Below the pieces are notes generated by a model. That model was not told the origin of the DNA, ran no database searches, and saw only the letters and a list, made by a program, of their open reading frames with translations. A stretch of DNA of 64,000 bases from the NCBI GenBank assembly GCA_963701965.1, contig OY969695.1:4224001-4288000 (forward strand). The letters run 5' to 3'. Numbering within the stretch: the stretch's first letter is position 1; every line of letters begins with the position of its first letter. Of this stretch, positions 59,942 to 64,000 are shown piece after piece. Source of the DNA: an uncultured Gemmatimonadales bacterium (GTDB lineage: Bacteria; Gemmatimonadota; Gemmatimonadetes; Gemmatimonadales; Gemmatimonadaceae). The position numbers and the translations under genes were made by a program.

Positions 59942-61623
59942 GAGCAACTCGGATTGCACGCGTGAACCTTGAGCATGTAGATCCCCTTGTTGTTGTCACC
60001 CGGTCGGGTGCGGTTGAACGTGTGATCGATGACCATCGTGTTGCGTGTCACGGTGACGGGCAGCTCGGCCGGTTTGTTCTCCACGGCGCGGCCGAGGATG
60101 AAGGCGGCGGTCTGAAACGGCAGGTCGTACTTGACGACGATCGGAGCCAGGATCATCGGGCCGATGAGCACGTAGACCACGTGCGCCGCGATCTGGTCGC
60201 TCAGGTCACTCTGCGCCGCCAGGAATCGCAGCGTCAGCTTGTCGCCGCCGGTGATGTCCCCTTCGACCGGCACGATGAACCCGAATGGCGACGTTCCCGC
60301 GAACGTCTTCCCTTCCGTTTCGTTGTAGCCCTGGCCTGGCGGCACGACCAGCTTGCGCAGCATGGTGCTGGTCTTGCCCGTCACCGGATACAGCACGGCC
60401 AGCGCATCTTCCGTGACCGCGAAGTGATTGGCCGTTCCGACGAATTCGCCCGTCACGTGGGTCGCGGACAGGGATGAACCTTTGGCGTAGCGCAGGATCA
60501 GCTTGCCGCCGATCGCCACGTCGTACGACCACCAGGTATGGCCGTCGCGGTAATACTCGGCGTGCATCGTGCCCGACATCGGACCTTCGATCTTCTCGCA
60601 GTACTTCTCGAACTCCTGGCCCTTGGCGAACGCGCCGAGGTCGGCGGCGAGCGCCACGACGGCGACCGGCCACGCTTCGGGGCCGAGCATGATGTTGCTC
60701 GTGAACTTGAACGTCTCGTTGAGCGCGAAGGCGTAGCGCGAGTCGTTCTGCAACGATGCCGGCGTCAGCTTCTGCCGGAATGCGTCGGCGCCGTAATCGA
60801 TGCCGAACGCCTTGACGACGCTCTTGATGCCATCGGACACGAAGTTCATGCCCGCGGAGAACAGCTTGAGCTGCTCGATCGCCTGGTCGAGGCGGTCGCA
60901 GGTCACGCCCGCCGCGGCGCTCCGACTCCGTTGGCTCTCGATCTCGGCCGACTTCGCGTGGGCGCCGTTGGCCACCTCGGCGACCTTGGCGAATATTGGT
61001 TGGAAGTTCTGGGCGGCGGCGGGGAACCGTGTCGGAACCGAGCCCATCTTCGTGATGGCCGCCTTGAGCGCATCCCGCTGTGCGGGCCACTCTTTGACGC
61101 GCCGCTGCGCCGCGGCGAGACTGTCCTGATAACGCATCTTGGCCGGCGATGCCGGAAGGGCGGCGACGAGATCGACGGCCGCGGCCAGAGCCTTGGACGA
61201 CGCGGTGACGACACTGTCAAGTGCTTTCGCCGTCTCGTCGGGGACCTCCGGCGTATCGTAGAGGGTGAGAATCGCGGAGTCAGCGCCCTTCTGGTCGGGC
61301 GCGGTGACGCGGACGCGGTAGCGGCCCCATTCGAACGGATGGTTGATGGTCGCGGTGAAGTTGCCGGCGTTGTCCATCGTCGCCGTCGCCGAGACCTCGC
61401 TGCCCGGCTTGGGGGCCGGGTAGATACGGCTGACGGTGATGGCGACCGTGTGGACATCGCCGTATGGAACGGACGTGCCGGTGACCGTGAACGCCATGCC
61501 CGAGAAGGCGTACGCCGGAGTGACCTTGACGGTCACGGGGAGCGCAGCCGAGGAGCCTTCCTGTGCGCCGGCGCGTGACATGGCGCAGACGGCGGCGCCG
61601 ATGAGGAGCGTTCGCGCGATCAT
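59938..61623 (-). CDS. Large secreted hypothetical protein
   Basis: Signal peptide; beta-rich N-terminus, helical middle, beta-rich C-terminus ending CNPSCS; coupled to both neighbours. Confidence 0.8.
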   Translation of the reverse strand: MIARTLLIGAAVCAMSRAGAQEGSSAALPVTVKVTPAYAFSGMAFTVTGTSVPYGDVHTVAITVSRIYPAPKPGSEVSATATMDNAGNFTATINHPFEWGRYRVRVTAPDQKGADSAILTLYDTPEVPDETAKALDSVVTASSKALAAAVDLVAALPASPAKMRYQDSLAAAQRRVKEWPAQRDALKAAITKMGSVPTRFPAAAQNFQPIFAKVAEVANGAHAKSAEIESQRSRSAAAGVTCDRLDQAIEQLKLFSAGMNFVSDGIKSVVKAFGIDYGADAFRQKLTPASLQNDSRYAFALNETFKFTSNIMLGPEAWPVAVVALAADLGAFAKGQEFEKYCEKIEGPMSGTMHAEYYRDGHTWWSYDVAIGGKLILRYAKGSSLSATHVTGEFVGTANHFAVTEDALAVLYPVTGKTSTMLRKLVVPPGQGYNETEGKTFAGTSPFGFIVPVEGDITGGDKLTLRFLAAQSDLSDQIAAHVVYVLIGPMILAPIVVKYDLPFQTAAFILGRAVENKPAELPVTVTRNTMVIDHTFNRTRPGDNNKGIYMLKVHACNPSCS

Positions 61624-62615
61624 GGGTGCAGCAGGTGGTGCACGACCGACTTGGCCTTCTCCTTGGCCTCGTCTTTGGCCTGCCCGGTGACACCATCACT
61701 GACGCTTTGCGCGACCGAGGGCGTCGGAGGAGCTGCCTCACCCGCCTTCTTGAGCGAGTCGCCAAGCTTGCCGAGGCTCGACATTTGGCCAAACAGGTCG
61801 TTCTTCGTGTAGCCCGCGGGCAGCTCGAACACCGACGCACTGACGGCGCCCGTGGTGAGGTGCGCGAGGGTCATCGTCATGTCGGACCTTGTCGTCTTGC
61901 CATTATCGACGGTCTCGCTGTGCGTGACCGTCTTGAGCGGTGCGCCCTTCGGCAGCTTCGCGTACGCCGCAGTGAGCGCGTCGGTATATGCCGAGTTGGC
62001 ACCGCTGTGACTGCCGGTGAGACTCCGGCCCATCGGATTGATCGCGGCGCTCAGCTTGGGCGCGATCCAGATGTCGGTCGTCGACCGGGTGATGGACTGT
62101 GACCGGCGACCCATGATCGTCATGGTCATAGTCGCGTTGTCGACGACGTGGTACTTGATCGTCGAGTAACCTTCGATTGCCTCGCCTGCACCGGCGATAT
62201 CGCCACTGGCACTCACGTCCGACCACTCGGTCGTGACGAGACCGTCGAGTGACGCCTGCAATCTCTCCGATACCTTGCTCATGGAGTCGGAGTTGAACTC
62301 CACGTACTCGCGCTTCGCCGGGTCCACGAAGTACGAGGTGTGTGTGGCGCCTTTGACGATGATATAGGTACCCGGGCCGAACAGCCCAGGGCGGGCCGGG
62401 CGTCCGGTTGGCGCGCCGACTTGCTGATAGTCGATCCGGGCGTTGCCATCGGCAAACTGGCCGTGAGCGGCCATCATAGGCCGGCTGACCGGCTGGCTGC
62501 TGCGCGGGTCGGTGTACGTGCCGGTCAGGGTCATGTCGTACGTCAGCCCCTGCGCCGACGCAATGCCGGACAGTACCGTGACCGCGATACACGCGGTCAC
62601 GACTCGAGTGGACAT
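61620..62615 (-). CDS. DUF4412-like secreted protein
   Basis: Signal peptide; ARIDY, YFVDPAKREY, GEAIEGYSTIKY, DIWIA, SVFELPAGY; RBS gagagg. Confidence 0.7.
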   Translation of the reverse strand: MSTRVVTACIAVTVLSGIASAQGLTYDMTLTGTYTDPRSSQPVSRPMMAAHGQFADGNARIDYQQVGAPTGRPARPGLFGPGTYIIVKGATHTSYFVDPAKREYVEFNSDSMSKVSERLQASLDGLVTTEWSDVSASGDIAGAGEAIEGYSTIKYHVVDNATMTMTIMGRRSQSITRSTTDIWIAPKLSAAINPMGRSLTGSHSGANSAYTDALTAAYAKLPKGAPLKTVTHSETVDNGKTTRSDMTMTLAHLTTGAVSASVFELPAGYTKNDLFGQMSSLGKLGDSLKKAGEAAPPTPSVAQSVSDGVTGQAKDEAKEKAKSVVHHLLHP

Positions 62616-62664
62616 GTGCGTGCCTCTCCGTCTGTTGAGTGACGGTCGAGGGTAATGAGCACAT

Positions 62665-62704
62665 GTTACCGGCGTGCGGCGGCGCCGTTACCCGGTCCGG
62701 TAAC
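62665..62704 (-). promoter_or_regulatory. GGTAAC direct repeats 22 bp apart plus an inverted copy (candidate SARP/BTAD site)
   Basis: GTTACC at 62665 and 62687, GGTAAC at 62699. Confidence 0.5.
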
Positions 62705-63236
62705 GCCCCGGTGGCGGTATGCCTGGCACTATGGATCGCGAGTGCTGGTGTCGTCCACTCGACGATCGTCCCGGGAACTCGGGCTATCAGTGCTTGACAT
62801 CAATGTGTGTTCGCTCGACCGCGCGCTAGAAGTCCATGGTGTTCATTGGTGTCTGTCGGCGGAGGTCGAGGGATGTCTCTTGAACGATCGGGATGCGACT
62901 CATTTTCGACGCGACGCTCTTGTTGCAGCCCGCGAACGCCTCACGGACCCGTGGGTGCACATCTGGAGGAATCGGGAATGGGACCATACAGCCCCCCTCG
63001 ACTGCGCGTCGTTCTCAAAGCACATTGGACCTCGCTAACCATGTGGTGGAGCATCCAACGCTGACCTCTACGACGCCTGCGCGGATAAGCGAGCCCGGCC
63101 GTAAACATATGCTATTCGGATCGCGCCCGTGAGTAGGGAATGCTGGCGCGTCCGCGTAACGGATCCTTGTCGCTTGAGGGGAGAAGGGCTGGCGGGGAAC
63201 AATAGTCCAGCCCGACTCCTTCACGCCGTGCAATGC

Positions 63237-63304
63237 GTCCGAAATATGCATCGTTCTTCGGACATTCTCTTGGTTTGTCTGAAAAATGTAGTATATTTCG
63301 GACA
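63237..63304. promoter_or_regulatory. Two inverted-repeat operators upstream of the AbiEi-like gene
   Basis: GTCCGAA-N13-TTCGGAC and TGTCTGAAA-N11-TTTCGGACA. Confidence 0.7.
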
Positions 63305-63951
63305 TGACCGCACATGGTCGCGATACCGATCTCCGCAGCCGCGTGCTTAATCGGGTGCGGTCCGACGCCGGAGCGGTGTGGACGCCCAACGACTTCGCCG
63401 ATTTGGCGAACCGTGCGGCGGTCGACAAGACGCTTCAGCGCCTCGTGACTGCCGGCGAATTGCGTCGCATTGACCGCGGTCTGTATGATCGGCCGCGCCA
63501 AAGCGCCCTCACCGGCCAAACGACGGTACCAGACTACCGCGCAGTGATTCAGGCCGTCGTGCGGCGCGATCACGTGCGCGTGTTGATCGACGGCATGAGC
63601 GCGGCGAACGAGATCGGCCTGACGACCGCCGTGCCGGCTCACATCGAGGTGCTCGCCGATGCGCGTATCAAGCCGGTTCGCCTCGGATCCCAGGAAATCC
63701 GCTTCAAGGTCGCGGCCCCGAGTCGACTATACTGGGCGGGCCGACCCGCGATGCGCGTCGTCCAAGCGCTCTATTGGCTGCAGCACACGCTCGACGATCC
63801 CGACGAGCGCGTCCGCATCACGGAGCGGATTCGCCAGCTCCTCGTCGATCCGACGCACGGGCTCATCATTCGTGATGACCTCCGGGCCGGCCTCTCGGCG
63901 CTTCCGATCTGGATGCAGGAGTTCCTCCGCGACTTGATCAACGCCGCGTGA
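63304..63951 (+). CDS. DUF6088 / type IV TA AbiEi-like antitoxin
   Basis: VWTPNDFADL.NRAAVDKTLQRL, RRIDRGLY, AANEIGLTTAVPA. Confidence 0.85.
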   Translation: MTAHGRDTDLRSRVLNRVRSDAGAVWTPNDFADLANRAAVDKTLQRLVTAGELRRIDRGLYDRPRQSALTGQTTVPDYRAVIQAVVRRDHVRVLIDGMSAANEIGLTTAVPAHIEVLADARIKPVRLGSQEIRFKVAAPSRLYWAGRPAMRVVQALYWLQHTLDDPDERVRITERIRQLLVDPTHGLIIRDDLRAGLSALPIWMQEFLRDLINAA

Positions 63952-64000
63952 GCGTCGACGCCTATCGCCAGCTCATCGATGCCGATGGCGTCGAAGAACA
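63948..64000 (+). CDS. Start of probable AbiEii-like nucleotidyltransferase (partial)
   Basis: GTGA overlap with the antitoxin stop; identity inferred from context only. Confidence 0.45.
   Translation, partial: MSVDAYRQLIDADGVEE

Overview
High-GC bacterial window. The gene content suggests Gemmatimonadota (inference): a SusC/SusD pair, TPR-bearing Ser/Thr kinase, membrane-anchored BTAD/SARP regulator and an ADOP-type permease. The left ~46.8 kb is accessory and stress metabolism: two PD40 beta-propellers, an ECF sigma/kinase/di-heme peroxidase cluster, ArsR-SRPBCC-SDR, a duplicated ECF sigma locus, SusC/SusD, a GAF-PAS kinase with two response regulators and oxidative-stress genes, ilvB-ilvN-ilvC with an unannotated attenuator leader, three RibD_C/DHFR-like genes, vapBC and gene debris. 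A displaced 3' half of tRNA-Pro(GGG) at 46851-46894 marks a probable att site. The island to its right holds a broken lipase/Ig-like lipoprotein, an IS30 nested in an IS3 relic, tatA, mntP, an uncharacterised five-gene envelope operon (DUF4412-like, secreted protein, lipoprotein, OmpA, transmembrane BTAD regulator) and a type IV AbiE-like TA pair. Best candidates for undescribed systems: (i) the twin-ECF locus with three copies of a CAACCTT-N13-KTCACT promoter driving two paralogous unknown secreted proteins; (ii) the island envelope operon with SARP-style direct repeats; (iii) a FixJ-like regulator lacking its phosphoacceptor Asp, with three copies of a 16-bp box. Six +1 frameshifts all fall in CRGAATG, which suggests a methylation-linked sequencing artefact at CRGATG. 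All family calls are by eye; no database searches were run.
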